Source: Bugula neritina
Lineage: Eukaryota > Animalia > Bryozoa
Direction: 5' to 3'
Assembly (NCBI GenBank): GCA_964035545.1
Contig: OZ037771.1
Location: 9,479,408 to 9,543,407 of the forward strand
Length of the DNA: 64,000 bases
In this document: positions 14,895 to 27,215 of the stretch, one piece after another
How the letters are laid out: each line of letters begins with the position of its first letter
How positions within the stretch are numbered: the first letter of the stretch is position 1
Position numbers and translations under genes: made by a program
The notes under the pieces: generated by a model
Told to the model about the DNA's origin: nothing
Databases searched by the model: none
Seen by the model: the letters and a program-made list of their open reading frames with translations, nothing else

Positions 14895-17800
14895 TTGTAT
14901 TTGTATATGTATTTGTATATGTATATGTATATATATTTTTTTTTTATATATACACAGACATAATTTTAGTTGACCTTTTTTTGTGTTTTAATTGAAACGA
15001 ACAAAGATATAAATTCAAACTTTTAGTAATCATCCTATAAATTCTATTCTCTTTTGGTGTTCAACATTCTCAATACTAGAGAAGACGAAATTCCCAATTA
15101 GGAAAAATATTTATATATCAAGTAAATTTATTAGATGGCATAAAGTGTTTAGTTTATACTTTGTAGATTAGTATAAATAATATTCTATAATCGTGATTTT
15201 AAAAAAAAATTTTGTTTTCCCATATTGTAATATATATTTTTGCAATGCATCTAAGATGTATCCTTTCAATAGAATGAGTGAATTCTTTTTCCCACATTTA
15301 CCAATGATATTTAGACACAAAAACTTCAAATTTATAAGACTTTAATTATCTAGGTTTGAGACTAAAATTTTGAACTTGAATTTGGTTTGTGAGTTGTTTG
15401 CAATGTTGTACTATAATTTAAAATTTACAGTATTACAAAATTGGTAATGTGGTGAGTTTGATTATACACATGGAATTCTTATTAAAGCAAACAGTTGCTA
15501 TATAGAGCTTGTGAATACCTTCACACAATGGTTGTAAATTAGGTATGAATACCTTGACACAGTGGTTGTGGAAATCCGAGACATAGATATCTCCTTGTCC
15601 GTTTACAGCTACATAATGAGGTCCGGCCAGATAACTTGCCTAAGTTCCAAATGATCAATTAGTTCAATTAATAATTTTTGTAAAGACATAAAAGTTAGTG
15701 ATGTCATTAATTGTGAGAAAATTAAGTACAAATCACTTAATTGTATACAACAATTACCAACAACAGTCTTAATACGCTAGTTTAAATATGAATCCATCTG
15801 GAATTAACCAATATTCTGTACACGTCCTTTGTCTTAAAGCCAGTTAACTAAAGTAGACTAAATAAGAATTCTATCTTAAACAATGAAAGCACTTCAAAAT
15901 ACATTATTCTCAGCTCAGTCTCAAAATTGAAGAAATATGTTGCAATCAATACAATTATTTGGCATGATATTCACACTAAAAATGGCTGCAAGTGGTTAAG
16001 TAGTAAAGGTGGCTGCAAATTACAAGTGCTCAAAGTTAATAAAAACTTCTCTCATTCAAATTTGTTTGCTTCAATTCTACGGACATGTGATCCATTAAAT
16101 ATAATAAAGCTTATTTTGTTATAATCTGCCTATAGAATAGAATAGAGGTTTTACCTAACCAAACTTAAAAACTAAGACCTGGTTTGCATAACATGCATAT
16201 TCTACATGTAAAATATATGCATTCTACACGTAAAATAGAACAAAAACCATGTGTTCTTATTGTCAACACTTTATGATGCAGCCTTGCTAATGCAAACACT
16301 TTAAATGCTATGAGTTCTCTTATCCAAAAGTATTTGGTGTAATCTCGCAATATACTGATTTCACAAAATAGAGACATTGCTTCGGGTGATTATCTCAGGG
16401 CCCATTGATGCAGCAGCATACAGGTGAGAAAAGCTGTAGAGGAGTTAATGTGAGGTTATAAGGTCACCTTGTCACCAGTCGGAGACTGCAACTTTCTTAT
16501 AAGTCTTCCAGTAATAGAGAACTCTAGCACCTGGTTACCCTTGTTATCTGCCACAATCACAGTACCTCTAGGAGTAGTTGTTATGCCTTTTGGGCCAATC
16601 AATTTCCCTTGTCCAATTCGTCTCACAAAATCTCCATCTTAAAAATCACACACCGTAAACAACTAAGCATAATATTTACATAATTTATTTATAGACATTT
16701 CATTTTTAAGTGTGAGAGTATTTTATGCAATTAACTATATGTATGCCTCAGCATCATTGTTGACTTAGGAACCCTAAACTTATAAACTGTTTTCTTACAA
16801 CCGCCTTGTAATTGAAAGGTAATATAACATTTATACAAAATAGTTAATACATAGTTTGCAAATACATTTTAGAACTCTACGCTCAACAATTCTAATTATT
16901 TTAAAAAACATTTAATGTGTAGCTTGTGAAAAAAGTTTCAATTTACAATATTATATAAAGTTTGGCATAATTTTGTTTAGCTTTTTTAATCTCTAATTGA
17001 TAAACTCTAGACAAAAAACAATTTGATCAGATGTCATGCTTAAATTTCAACAAAATAAAAGAGCGAGTTTTGCTTTCCAATATCCTATAAAAGACAGAGT
17101 AAGAGAAGGAGTTGTATGGCATATAGCAACTGAGTGAGGGTACCTTGGAACACATTAATACACTTGTTTTCATAATCGGTGAACAGCAGGTAACCATTCC
17201 TGGAATAAGATATCCCTATTGGTCGAAGTAGCTGACCTGGCTGCCTTCCTCTCTTACCAACATTCTTGAGGTATAAACCAGATTCTGAGAAGACCTTAAA
17301 AAGTTTGTAATAAATTACAAAAAAAAAACAATTCAACATGGTCGAATAGACTGCATATGAATGCTCCTACGTTTTCTTTAAATAAAAAATGTTTACAATG
17401 TAACTATGTAGTGTATAAGAGAAAATTTGTGATATAGGCGATTATCTTCAAAAAAATCTGAGTGTAAATACGAAATTAATGTGTATAAAATATAAAACTG
17501 AGTTTATTTGACTTAAGACATGGAAGGTCAAAGATTTGCAATGAGAAAACAGCTCACTAGTGCTGATCAAATAGCAAAAATGCACTTGCCATTGTACTTT
17601 TGAAATTGGTTTTTGGTGTCAAATTATTTGAATGAAAATAATATTTGATTTTCTTAGAGAAGTTTCATCATGTAAAAAGAAGTCAGCTAAACTCACCTAA
17701 CTAATAAATACAATAAAATTGGTTTTCACATTTCCTTTGCACACGCAGTTGCATATAGAATATAATTGACCCGCAAACAATCAAACTGAAACAACTGTGG

Positions 17801-20800
17801 AAGAGCAGAACCGAATTAACAGAACCACAAGTTGTATTCTCAAATCTGATTGGCTGCCTTACTTGTATGGCTTGGTTCGTACTGTCGGTACAGTAAATGT
17901 TGTTGTGTGAGTCAACAGCTACTCCTTGTGGGTTACTGAAGTTTCCCTTCCGCCTTCCAAACTCTCCAATAACAGCTAAATAATCTCCATACGGGGGCTG
18001 CACACAGCTAGATGCATTGTGCACACTGGGAGATGCAGGTAAAATCTAGAACCAACAAATCATAACCAAACTATAAGGTCACTTATAATTGTGGCTTCTT
18101 CTTTGCAGAATATTTATAATTATACATTTTAGCATTTCATATTTTCTTGCTGAGATCATGACTAAAATACTGAAAATCTGGCTAAGATCAGATCAAACAA
18201 TAATGTAAGGAATAAAATAAAAAACACCCACCTTTAGAGAGCTAAAAGATTCAGCAGAACTGAGGGTTCTGGGAGAAGTTGTCCTTGGCAGACTGTTTTT
18301 TGAGACTTGTACTGTAGGAGACTTAGCTTTGTGTTGAGGTACTCTGGTTACTTCGTAACTATTTGGAGACTTGCTATGATAAGGAGAATTATGAAGTTCT
18401 TATCACAGAAAAGTTGGGCTCCAAAATATGATAATATTGATTGCTTTGCGTTTTAAAAACAAGATTATTATGTAATACAGAAATAGCTCAAAATGCATGC
18501 ATAAAGCATAAATAATAAAGTTAAGGATTTATTTAATGTCAGTTTAAAAAGTAAATTACCATACAGAACAGTTATAATAAAAACTTTAAAAAATTATACA
18601 CAAAATCTGAATTAGTCCCATAAATGTTTTAGCTCCTGTTTACAGTTTCGTGTTGAGGTAACACCGTTTCGTAATATCATAATTTGCTAGCTCATCAAGA
18701 ATAATGTACTGCATGCATTTTGACCTCAAATAAAGAGTTGCTAAAAGTTCTTATAAAAAACATTGCATCAATTAGATTTTATTTAGTCTATTCAGATCAA
18801 ATATGGTAGTAAACAAGTCAGCATATACACATAGTGATGGACTTTCCATGTAGCTTAATTAATGTCTCTTGAGCTACTCAAGCTGTAATGGATGTTATAA
18901 ACTAGACAATATCTCCAACACGTTTGATACTGAATACAGCTGGTCAAGCATGCAGTTGTAATAGTGATATAATTAACTATGGCAGATAATATCCACATAT
19001 ATAAACCTTTTCAGTATTTTAATATATCGTAACTTACAGCTTCATGAATGATATTCAGAAGGAAATTGATGTACCTGAAAGACACCCGTGAACCAGCCAC
19101 AGCTTCGAGTCGGAATGGAGACCCCTTGACATGCTGCTGAAAAATCTTGATTACTAGATGATAGACTCCAGGTTGAGGGGCAATGTAGACTATGCTGTAT
19201 GTACCATTACCGTTGTCTATAGACTGACATTCCACATTGACCTCTTCGTTACGTAGATTTGCCTGCAACTACGTGTGCAGAGATGGTGTGAGAACTGCTT
19301 ACCAAAAGCATCAGTTCTTAGCACTAAAACCTCTACTTTTAACTTTATTTTTGTAAAAGTTACCTTTTTAAGCAAGCCCATAGATTTTGCAATTTAATGT
19401 GAAACATTATTTATAAAAATAAACAAATAAAAAATTACTTGTTTCTTACCAGTAAATTAGGTTGGCCGTTTTTGAAGACATATATTACCTGCTACTTATC
19501 CTGTTACACTAGTCAATCAATACATAGTGAGATGCTTTGATGAAAAATATTACCAATATAAACAGCTATTTGAGCAAAATAAAATTTCCACAAATAGTTG
19601 ATATACAAATATACAGATTGTCTCAAGTGCTGCCTCCCATGAAGTAAAAGTGTTGACCATATTTCTAATTAACTAACCACTAAATCTTTTTCTTTCACAA
19701 CCTGGCTCTGAGCATCTTTGGGTGTAACTCGAACAAATACTTGTTTATGAACATTGGCTTTCTTTAGCCCGTCCCCACTAGCTGTACTCTTACTTGGTAT
19801 AATACAGCTGGTGGAAACTGAGGCTAGGCTACCAATTGACTTCTTTACTTCACTAATGCCTTTTCTATTCAACCGGAGACATGTGTTTGTAGAGATACTG
19901 TAACAAATAGATAACAGCATATTGCTGGAGAACTTGGGCTCTATGCAAATAATTCTATACAATAAACATCACAGCAATTCTATTTGTGGATGAAGCACTG
20001 CAATATACAAGAGCACTTGCATGTGTGTAACAATAATATATAATTTAAAGAAAACCTTTTGGCTTCATAAGAGGGGGAACAATTCTTACTATTTCCTGAG
20101 TTGCACAAGCATGAATTTTAATAAGACTCTTTATTTTATTTGCATGCTTTAATTTTGTTAATTATGTCAATCAAGTATTGATTTTTGCAGTTACTTGAAA
20201 TTCTTTAACCTATGCCATGAGAAGACAACTGCAACAAAAGGAACTGTTACTGGTGGTTTTCACAAGTTGCTAATAGGAGTAGGGGACACAAAGATTATAA
20301 TGATAGCCAAGCAATAAGCAGTAACTAACCTAAAGGCATTGATCCTTTCTGCATGCTGCTCTACTTCATCAGCTCGAGCTTTTAATTTCTTACAGTTTCC
20401 AGCTACCAACTTCCCTGCATCAACTTCCTTTTTAATCTTCAAATTAATGCAACATTTATAAAAAGTTATATTTATTAATACTCTTGACAGTAAAAGTATT
20501 GCAGGGATTTACTGAAAATTTATTTGAATCTACTTTTTCCCAATAAAATTTTCAGTCTTAGGGAAATGCACTCTCACACACACGAACACATTCATATACT
20601 GCCCAGTATAGTATCAATATGTTATAATGTATAATAATATATGGTATGCTGTATAACAAACTATATATAATATAGTATATAACACTGTTACCTGACAATG
20701 TATTACCCACCATTGAGACCCTATGTACTAGTTCACTGAGCTGATAGTATATAATACTGTTACCTGACAATGTGCTACCCACCATTGAGACACTATGTAC

Positions 20801-23683
20801 TAGTTCACTGAGCTGATAGTACAGTATATAATACTGTTACCTGACAATGTGCTACCTACCATTGAGACACTATGTACTAGTTCACTGAGCTGATATTATA
20901 TAATACTGTTACCTGACAATGTGCTACCCACCATTGAGACACTATGTACTAGTTCACTGAGCTGATATTATATAATACTGTTACCTGACAATGTATTACC
21001 CACCATATAGACCCTATGTACTAGTTCACTGAGCTGATAGTACAGTATATAATACTGTTACCTGACAATGTGTTACCCACCATTGAGACACTATGTACTA
21101 GTTCACTGAGCGTATAGCATATAATACTGTTACCTGACAATGTGCTACCCACCATTGAGACACTATGTACTAGTTCACTGAGCGTATAGCATATAATACT
21201 GTTACCTGACAATGTGCTACCCACCATTGAGACACTATGTCCTAGTTCACTGAGCTGATAGCATATAATACTGTTACCTGACAATGTGCTACCTACCATT
21301 GAGACACTATGTCCTAGTTCACTGAGCTGATAGCATATAATACTGTTACCTGACAACGTGCTACCTACCATTGAGACACTATGTCCTAGTTCACTGAGCT
21401 GATAGCATATAATACTGTTACCTGACAACGTGCTACCTACCATTGAGACACTATGTCCTAGTTCACTGAGCTGATAGCATATAATACTGTTACCTGACAA
21501 TGTGCTACCCACCATTGAGACACTATGTCCTAGTTCACTGAGCTGATAGCATATAATACTGTTACCTGACAACGTGCTACCTACCATTGAGACACTATGT
21601 CCTAGTTCACTGAGCTGATAGCATATAATACTGTTACCTGACAATGTGCTACCCACCATTGAGACACTCTGTACTAGTTCACTGAGTTGATGGTGCATAG
21701 AGTCCATATCTTCTAATTGGTCGTCTAAATAACTCTCTTTGCTGCAACTACAGTCCATTAGTTGAGTAAAAAGAGCCATCTTACGTTCCTGTAGTCTCCT
21801 CTCTGTCTCCCTTCAAATGCACAACACAAAATCTGGTTAGGAACTCAGGCAAACCTTCACAAATCCTTTATTATAAGCTAGCAATTTAACTTATCTGCTG
21901 CCAGAAATAAAGACTTTGATAGGAAGCAAGTCTCTTCATAGTTGGTTAGTTCTGCTACTAAGTCTCAATATGAAAGATTTTATTTGTCATAAAAAACAGT
22001 TTTTTGGACTGAAAAACACTGATCTTGTTTTCAACCTGCCAATAGGAATCTCATGCAAACTAACCAAAATTTTTATCTACAAATTTTAGTACAAAGTAGA
22101 TGCTTAGGAGACAGGCCTTTTCCTCTGTTAAGCCAACACTGTATCTTAATAAAGACTGAATTTGAGCTTGAGTTCCTTAGGGAGCTTACTTGTTTACTTG
22201 TTATGTTATTTACTTTCATATATGTAATAATTTAAAGCATAAAATGGCGACCTTTACATACACACTATAACAAGTGGCCTCAACTCCACACACACTCTTT
22301 GATAACCTATACCTGAACAGCTCATCCAACTCCACAGCAATAGCTTTTCTATCTTTAACTAAGTTAGACCTGAGAGAAGATATGTGCTGTTGCCACTTCT
22401 CAGTGTTGACCAAACATTTTTCAGACGTATCCAAGAGTGTGCTACATGCTGCCTGTTGACTGGATATTGCTGACGTCTTCTGCAGGAGTAATATAGTACA
22501 CGTCATCAAAGAAACAACAAATAAACTCATGGGTGGTCTCTAAGCACATGCATCAACACATAACAGTTCAATTCAATTGGTGATCTTTGCTCCTTCAAAA
22601 TAGGTAGCCAAATTTTGGAAAAGGTTTTCCCCAAATTAACTTACATGTATTTCTAAAAATTTTCCCTTTCTGTGAAGTGTTTATCTAAGAACTGAATGGA
22701 AGGACAAGAAGGAAAACTAGAAAAACATAGATCGAATTGCTATTTCTATTATAATTATCAATATAATTGCCTAATAAAATTAAATTATAACATAAATATC
22801 TTGAGAATACAAAACAATTGTCATTCTTGAGTACATATGCACTTATCTCTAACAATTATATACAGAGACAGCATACCTTAACCATGTCATGACTGGAATG
22901 TATATGTTCTTCATCAAAAGCTATTGACTCATGACAGGTCAAACAAAACAATGAACTGGTCTCACAGACAGGAATAAGTAGACTCGGCGAAGTTTGAACA
23001 TATTCCCTAGAAATTGTCTGCTCAAGAATTGAGCTTGACTGATCATGATTTAATGTTTTGGAGTTGTCAGTCTCATTGGTAGAAGTTGTTTGCTCAGTGC
23101 CTAATCCGCACATGCTCGTACTAATAGGAGCTTGAGCAGGAGTTGAGCTACAGAGCACATTGTTAGACTGAGAAAATTCGGAATGTATCAAGGTTACAGA
23201 GTTATCTAGATCATTAGTAAACTGTTGAGCTGTCACTTCTGTTGGTGAAATGCTGGCTGCTGAAGAAACTAGACACTCATTATCTAATGGTGACACGGAC
23301 CTCTCCTCCACTCTACCTGCCGACTTGGAAAAAATCATATTATCTGCACATTTTAACTCAGAATGAAAACTGGAGATTCTATCAGCTGCTAACCCACCAT
23401 GCAGCTCTAAATTCCCTTGTTTGCCCTCCCCTATGCCAGCTGTTGTTGCAGATCCATCATCTACCTTATCACAAGGATGCCCAATAAATGAATGACTCAA
23501 CTCCTCAGTGCAGCTGTTAGTCATTGTTGACTGCACCATTGCTATGGGTGGTCCTGATGACGTATCCTCTAGACACTCTGTCATGTCAACTGCTGGATAT
23601 TCTTCAGCAGAATATTTCTTTGATATGGAGTTATTGTTGCATTCAGCTGGACCATATTCACTGTTAGTCATTAAACTCTCCAT
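13544..23683 (-). CDS. TRIM3: TRIM2/TRIM3-like TRIM-NHL protein (long S/T/E-rich N-terminus, degenerate B-box, coiled coil, filamin Ig repeat, NHL propeller); 13 coding exons, ~879 aa
   Basis: Exons 23683-22877, 22479-22313, 21810-21657, 20436-20330, 19864-19678, 19262-19075, 18373-18232, 18045-17863, 17294-17144, 16637-16468, 15639-15553, 14181-14041, 13699-13544. All junctions are GT-AG with matching phases; the sum is 2640 nt. The motifs [46 protein letters not shown] and [14 protein letters not shown] match TRIM2/3 NHL repeats as I recall them. The symbol means TRIM2/3-like; orthology was not tested. The start ATG is inferred. Confidence 0.88.
14041..14181 (-). CDS. TRIM2/3-like exon 12 (NHL 5)
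   Basis: [47 protein letters not shown]|gtatat. Confidence 0.92.
14685..14742 (-). ncRNA. Type I hammerhead ribozyme (second, identical copy; intronic)
   Basis: Sequence identical to 54506-54563; lies in the TRIM2/3-like intron 14182-15552. Confidence 0.9.
14685..14806 (-). mobile_element. 5'-truncated copy of the hammerhead retroelement in (TA)n
   Basis: Near-identical to 54506-54627; flanked by TA microsatellite on both sides. Confidence 0.8.
15553..15639 (-). CDS. TRIM2/3-like exon 11 (NHL 4)
   Basis: [29 protein letters not shown]|gtattc. Confidence 0.9.
16468..16637 (-). CDS. TRIM2/3-like exon 10 (NHL 3)
   Basis: [50 protein letters not shown] (translated by hand). Confidence 0.9.
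17144..17294 (-). CDS. TRIM2/3-like exon 9 (NHL 2)
   Basis: [28 protein letters not shown]...[12 protein letters not shown]. Confidence 0.9.
17863..18045 (-). CDS. TRIM2/3-like exon 8 (NHL 1)
   Basis: [37 protein letters not shown]|gtaagg. Confidence 0.9.
18232..18373 (-). CDS. TRIM2/3-like exon 7 (S/P-rich linker)
   Basis: ctccttatcatag|[20 protein letters not shown]...FSSLK|gtgggt; phases fit both neighbours. Confidence 0.75.
19075..19262 (-). CDS. TRIM2/3-like exon 6 (filamin repeat, C-half)
   Basis: [36 protein letters not shown] is a filamin/ABP280 repeat signature. Confidence 0.9.
19678..19864 (-). CDS. TRIM2/3-like exon 5 (filamin repeat, N-half)
   Basis: [13 protein letters not shown]...[11 protein letters not shown]...VRVTPKDAQ...DLV|gttagt. 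Confidence 0.85.
20330..20436 (-). CDS. TRIM2/3-like exon 4
   Basis: tttgaag|IKKEVDAGK...ERINAF AG|gttagt. Confidence 0.75.
20672..21691 (-). repeat. 72-bp tandem repeat derived from an exon end plus splice donor (14 copies including the original)
   Basis: The unit encodes [24 protein letters not shown]; period is exactly 72 between 21081 and 21657. Confidence 0.95.
21657..21810 (-). CDS. TRIM2/3-like exon 3 (coiled coil); its 3' end and donor are tandemly amplified downstream
   Basis: tttgaag|[15 protein letters not shown]...[10 protein letters not shown]|gtgggt; phase 2 in, phase 0 out. Confidence 0.8.
22313..22479 (-). CDS. TRIM2/3-like exon 2 (coiled coil)
   Basis: ctcctgcag|KTSAISSQQ...ELDELF AG|gtatag. 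Confidence 0.8.
22877..23683 (-). CDS. TRIM2/3-like coding exon 1: low-complexity S/T/E-rich region plus degenerate B-box
   Basis: Within ORF 22856-23692. ATG at 23683 (MESLMTN...). Ends [25 protein letters not shown]|gtatgc. Confidence 0.75.
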
Positions 23684-24324
23684 TCCTATCAACTACCACA
23701 TGTATCTGTTCTGCTGCATCACACACGTCTCTGTCTATAATGTATACTCAACTGTATGTCAGTAGAATTCAGTCACTCTCATAATTTAACCTGTAAAATG
23801 AAAGTTTCAATGGCCTAATATAGAAAACTCTAAATAATACAGTCACCTTTAAATTTCAATGAATGTTATGATTAAACTAGACATTCAATAATACGACTTC
23901 ATTTTGTTCCAATATTATAGAACAAGTTCAGTGACTTATTACGAACCTAAATTTAGATTTCTATTAAAATAAACTATATTATATTGTTAATACAATTAAT
24001 GGCTTCATTTCATAAATGGCTACTCAGAGAGATTACAACATTTTTTCATCAATTATTATAATTAATACTAGAAGTGTGTAGCTAAAACTAGGTTTCTATT
24101 TTTACTTTCAAAAACATTTTACACAGCAAAAAATATTATGGCACATAAAATTTTCGAGGTAAGTACAGAATTGCAGTTTTTCTAATAGTGCTAGCAAATA
24201 TCTGTAGCACAAAAAATTGGCTACTCTACAACAAAACAGAGCATCTCCTAACTCAAGTGCCAAACCAAAACTTACAAGCCTAAGCTAAGCCATCAGTAAT
24301 GGACATTAATCAAACACGACTCAC

Positions 24325-24372
24325 GTTGGCACAATACAGTGAGTGGCTTGTAATATGCCTTCACTCTCTTAA
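24325..24372 (-). other. Putative 5'-UTR exon of the TRIM2/3-like gene
   Basis: Strong acceptor ttctcattcttatttcag and donor gtgagt. The next acceptor is cattttacag at 23791-92. A similar non-coding exon candidate lies at 28298-28367. Confidence 0.45.
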
Positions 24373-24406
24373 CTGAAATAAGAATGAGAAAACACCAATA
24401 TCGGCT

Positions 24407-24580
24407 TAGACTACCTTGGTTTATGCCCCCTAAACTAGCTTGGTGTATACTCCGTAGACTATCTGGGTGTATGCCCTCTAGACTATCTGGGTGTATGCCC
24501 TCTAGACTATCTTGGTTTTAACCCCTAGACTATCTTGGTGTGTACCCCTTAGAATCTAAGCCCTAAGGGGTATACACAAC
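24407..24580. repeat. 24-bp tandem repeat (tagactatctgggtgtatgccctc) x6 ending in a hairpin
   Basis: Seen directly; terminal gtgtacccct...aggggtatacac inverted pair. Confidence 0.8.
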
Positions 24581-25663
24581 TTAAATAACCACAACTAACA
24601 ATCATAATTATAAATTTTGAAAGCTAAAAAAGAAGCTACGCTTACAGGAGATTTTTCAACCCTAAACCGAAGTTTATTAAGCATTAATTGGAATAGCCAT
24701 TTTAAATTTAGACAAATTGGTTGTTCAAAAATTAAAACTTGGCAATAAGCTACAAAAATATTTCTATGCCTTTCTTGTTGACTGTAAATGAATATAGCTG
24801 GTGTTATGGCTATTATAGATAGTATCTGAATTATGTAACATACTGTAATTATAGTACAGAAATATTTACGTCATTTAATGTAAATAATATGCAATGTTAT
24901 GCCTTACATTTTAGCATTTTTATTTTACTGTTATACATAGCATATATGTTCAACACACAGTAAATGGATGAATACCTACTACATCTTTACATGTGAGCTG
25001 ATATGCAAAAAGCAATGAACTCAAGTGTTATTATTGACAAGATATGAGTCACAGTGAGAGGCTAGCCAGGTGCGAGTTGAAGGCTAGCCTCAGGTGTTTT
25101 ATGCAGGGTAGGCATGACAATGCAACCACCCAGATAGCTGGATTATCATGGATCACTAATTGCCTTTAATACAGCAGCCATGCATGATGTCATCAACATA
25201 GTATTGATGAACAGTCAGCTCGAGATAGCTTGCTCAAAGTACTTTAAGGTTGTATTGAAATAATCTTTAGTTTTAGTTTCATGTTTTAAATAAAACAAAT
25301 ACAATTCTGGTGTTAGAATAAGCTTTACCATAAAAGAAATATTCTAAAAAGTGATGAAGGTGTTAAAATATTGTCATGATTAAATTTATTTGCTCAGACA
25401 CATATACATATTCTTGCATTTAGTTTCACTCACTACCCAATAATCATGTATATAGTGCAAAACCAGTTTATTACATGCAATAGAATTGTACTTACTCTTT
25501 CACTCCTTCTACTACCTCTACTACATCTACTAGTTCTACTATTCCTACTAATTCTACTCCATCTACTATTTCTACTCCTTCTACTACTTCTACTAATACC
25601 ACCTTTATCACTACTAGTATACATTCTACGTCTACCATGTACAACTAGTATAATATTTTATAT

Positions 25664-26797
25664 TAGTATACTATACAACAACTAGTATACTATACAACAA
25701 CTAGTATACTATACAACAGCTAGTATACTATACAACAACTAGTATACTATACAACAACTAGTATACTATACAACAACTAGTATACTATACAACAACTAGT
25801 ATACTGTACAGCAACTAGTATACTATACAACAGCTAGTATACTATACAACAACTAGTATACTATACAACAACTAGTATACTATACAACAACTAGTATACT
25901 ATACGACAACTAGTATACTATACAACAGCTAGTATACTATACAACAACTAGTATACTATACAACAACTAGTATACTATACGACAACTAGTATACTATACG
26001 ACAACTAGTATACTATACAACAACTAGTATACTATACGACAACTAGTATACTATACAACAGCTAGTATACTATACAACAACTAGTATACTATACAACAAC
26101 TAGTATACTATACGACAACTAGTATACTATACGACAACTAGTATACTATACAACAGCTAGTATACTATACAACAACTAGTATACTATACAACAACTAGTA
26201 TACTATACAACAACTAGTATACTATACAACAACTAGTATACTATACAACAACTAGTATACTATACAACAACTAGTATACTATACGACAACTAGTATACTA
26301 TACAACAGCTAGTATACTATACAACAACTAGTATACTATACGACAACTAGTATACTATACAACATCTAGTATACTATACAACAACTAGTATACTATACAA
26401 CAACTAGTATACTATACAACATCTAGTATACTATACAACAACTAGTATACTATACAACAACTAGTATACTATACGACAACTAGTATACTATACAACAGCT
26501 AGTATACTATACAACAACTAGTATACTATACAACAACTAGTATACTATACAACAACTAGTATACTATACAACATCTAGTATACTATACAACAACTAGTAT
26601 ACTATACAACAACTAGTATACTATACAACATCTAGTATACTATACAACAACTAGTATACTATACAACAACTAGTATACTGTACAACATCTAGTATACTAT
26701 ACAACAACTAGTATACTATACAACATCTAGTATACTATACAACAACTAGTATACTATACAACAACTAGTATACTATACAACAACTAGTATACTATAC
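25664..26797. repeat. 19-bp satellite (ctagtatactatacaacaa)n, ~60 units
   Basis: Highly homogeneous tandem array. Confidence 0.97.
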
Positions 26798-27139
26798 CTG
26801 TATATCCAACTTGTACACATGAAATCATGGAGTTCTACTATCCTAATAATGCATTTACTACCCTCTGAAGTTGATAAGGCATATGAATAAAAATCAATAT
26901 TATATGATGATATTATGTCCAACACTTCAACCTGATTGGCTGAGTGTAATAGAATAATGTATACAACTAGACACAGCATTTCAGCACTAAATATTTGACA
27001 GCATCATTAACAAAGTATAAAAAGATATAAAATTATGCTTTTATACTGACATAATTTTCATCCATTTTCTGAAGAAGACCTATTAATTACTTTTATAATA
27101 AGTAATACCTGGCTAGTAATGATGGTCTACAATAAACAT

Positions 27140-27147
27140 CAGCAACA

Positions 27148-27213
<66 letters not shown>
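27140..27213. repeat. (CAG)n microsatellite
   Basis: ~24 triplets; not in any supported ORF. Confidence 0.95.

Positions 27214-27215
<2 letters not shown>

Noticed and set aside
18374-18398. Longer version of TRIM exon 7 using the acceptor at 18399-400
   Set aside because: It needs a weak phase-1 donor (G|gttcac); the 18374-75 acceptor fits the stronger AG|gtacat donor.
25664-26797. CRISPR-like appearance of short palindromic repeats (also 20672-21691 and 10060-11515)
   Set aside because: Head-to-tail repeats without unique spacers, no cas genes, eukaryotic context.
27140-27213. Poly-Q coding tract
   Set aside because: No surrounding ORF or splice sites support it.
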